Below, in pieces: positions 63,665 to 64,000 of a stretch of 64,000 nucleotides of DNA. Within the stretch, counting starts at the first letter, position 1, and every line of letters starts with the position of its first letter. The notes beneath the pieces are model-generated. The model saw nothing but the letters and a program-made list of their open reading frames with translations. It was not told where the DNA came from and did no database searches. Origin of the DNA: Bacteroidota bacterium (GTDB lineage Bacteria; Bacteroidota; Rhodothermia; Rhodothermales; UBA10348); assembly GCA_027622005.1 (NCBI GenBank), contig JAQBZH010000001.1:124473-188472 (forward strand), given 5' to 3'. A program made the position numbers and the translations under genes.

Positions 63665-64000
63665 TTAGTCCCGCGATTCAGGATGGATTTCGGGCAAATC
63701 ACTAACAAGTTGCTCAGCCCTGCTCCAGTCAATCTTTTCAAACTGTCCGGCTTCTTGGCAAAGGGCAAACAAGATTTCCGATTGCCGCCCACCGATGTCC
63801 TGCACCGTCTTGTAGGGAACGCGGCTGAATGAAACCAAGGAGTATCTTGGCGTGAATCGGTTGGGATATCGAACTTCGAGCTCCAAGGCCACACGGCGTC
63901 GTAGTTTGAACGCGTCGTCGGCCACCAAATCCCGCATTTCGATATAATTTTCCAAGGCCATATCTGCGATGGCATTGGTGTTCGGGATTCGACTCGATTC
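63665..64000 (-). CDS. kmo: kynurenine 3-monooxygenase (C-terminal part; gene continues beyond the window end)
   Basis: The open frame runs to the window edge. My translation is ...PNTNAIADMALENYIEMRDLV...RFTPRYSLVSFSRVPY, which matches the conserved C-terminal region of KMO flavoproteins. Confidence 0.8.
   Translation of the reverse strand, partial: ESSRIPNTNAIADMALENYIEMRDLVADDAFKLRRRVALELEVRYPNRFTPRYSLVSFSRVPYKTVQDIGGRQSEILFALCQEAGQFEKIDWSRAEQLVSDLPEIHPESRD

Noticed and set aside
1-64000. Scan for CRISPR arrays, transposases, phage genes or recognisable defence-system genes.
   Set aside because: - No spaced repeat arrays were seen.
- No transposase, integrase, restriction, Cas, toxin-antitoxin or nuclease-NTPase defence signatures were recognisable in any long ORF.
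- The window reads as core chromosome.

Overview
The window looks like a core chromosomal segment, about 48-50% GC, from an FCB-group bacterium. A type IX secretion locus and a Rhodothermus-style split complex I cluster suggest a Bacteroidota, Rhodothermota or Balneolota-like organism. It is densely coding, with about 50 CDS and one tRNA-Arg(CCG). I saw no rRNA, CRISPR array, transposase or integrase. The recognisable housekeeping genes are:
- Respiration and central metabolism: nuoJKLM, acs, pckA and an NAD-type IDH.
- Cofactor and nucleotide metabolism: a pabB-pabC fusion, nadA, hpt, kynA and a partial kmo.
- Envelope and transport: exbB/exbD/exbD, an S41 C-terminal protease and cdsA.
- Information processing: polX, rnhB, rho, radC, glyQS, mutL and tilS.

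The most interesting region is 36-53 kb. A membrane sensor (TM-HAMP-PAS-PAS) is separated by a single in-frame TGA from a 96-aa stand-alone DHp/H-box ORF, and no ATPase domain is present anywhere nearby. This pair lies directly upstream of porU and porV. After porV comes a tightly coupled four-gene block:
- an M6-like pseudo-protease carrying a T9SS C-terminal domain (CTD);
- a 1119-aa HExxH-peptidase, PD40-propeller and barrel-like protein;
- a TlpA-type thioredoxin;
- a DUF5683 protein.

Other oddities:
- Two genes (an SDR and a GT2) have conserved N-terminal motifs upstream of any ATG, GTG or TTG.
- Rho lacks the N-terminal helix bundle.
- The PolX palm carboxylates are degenerate while the PHP domain is intact.
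- A MurF-like ligase has its N-domain replaced by a transmembrane domain.
- radC contains a perfect 18-bp GC-rich hairpin.
- Short tandem repeats lie in the rho and hpt leaders.

All family calls rest on motif recognition by eye. I ran no database searches.
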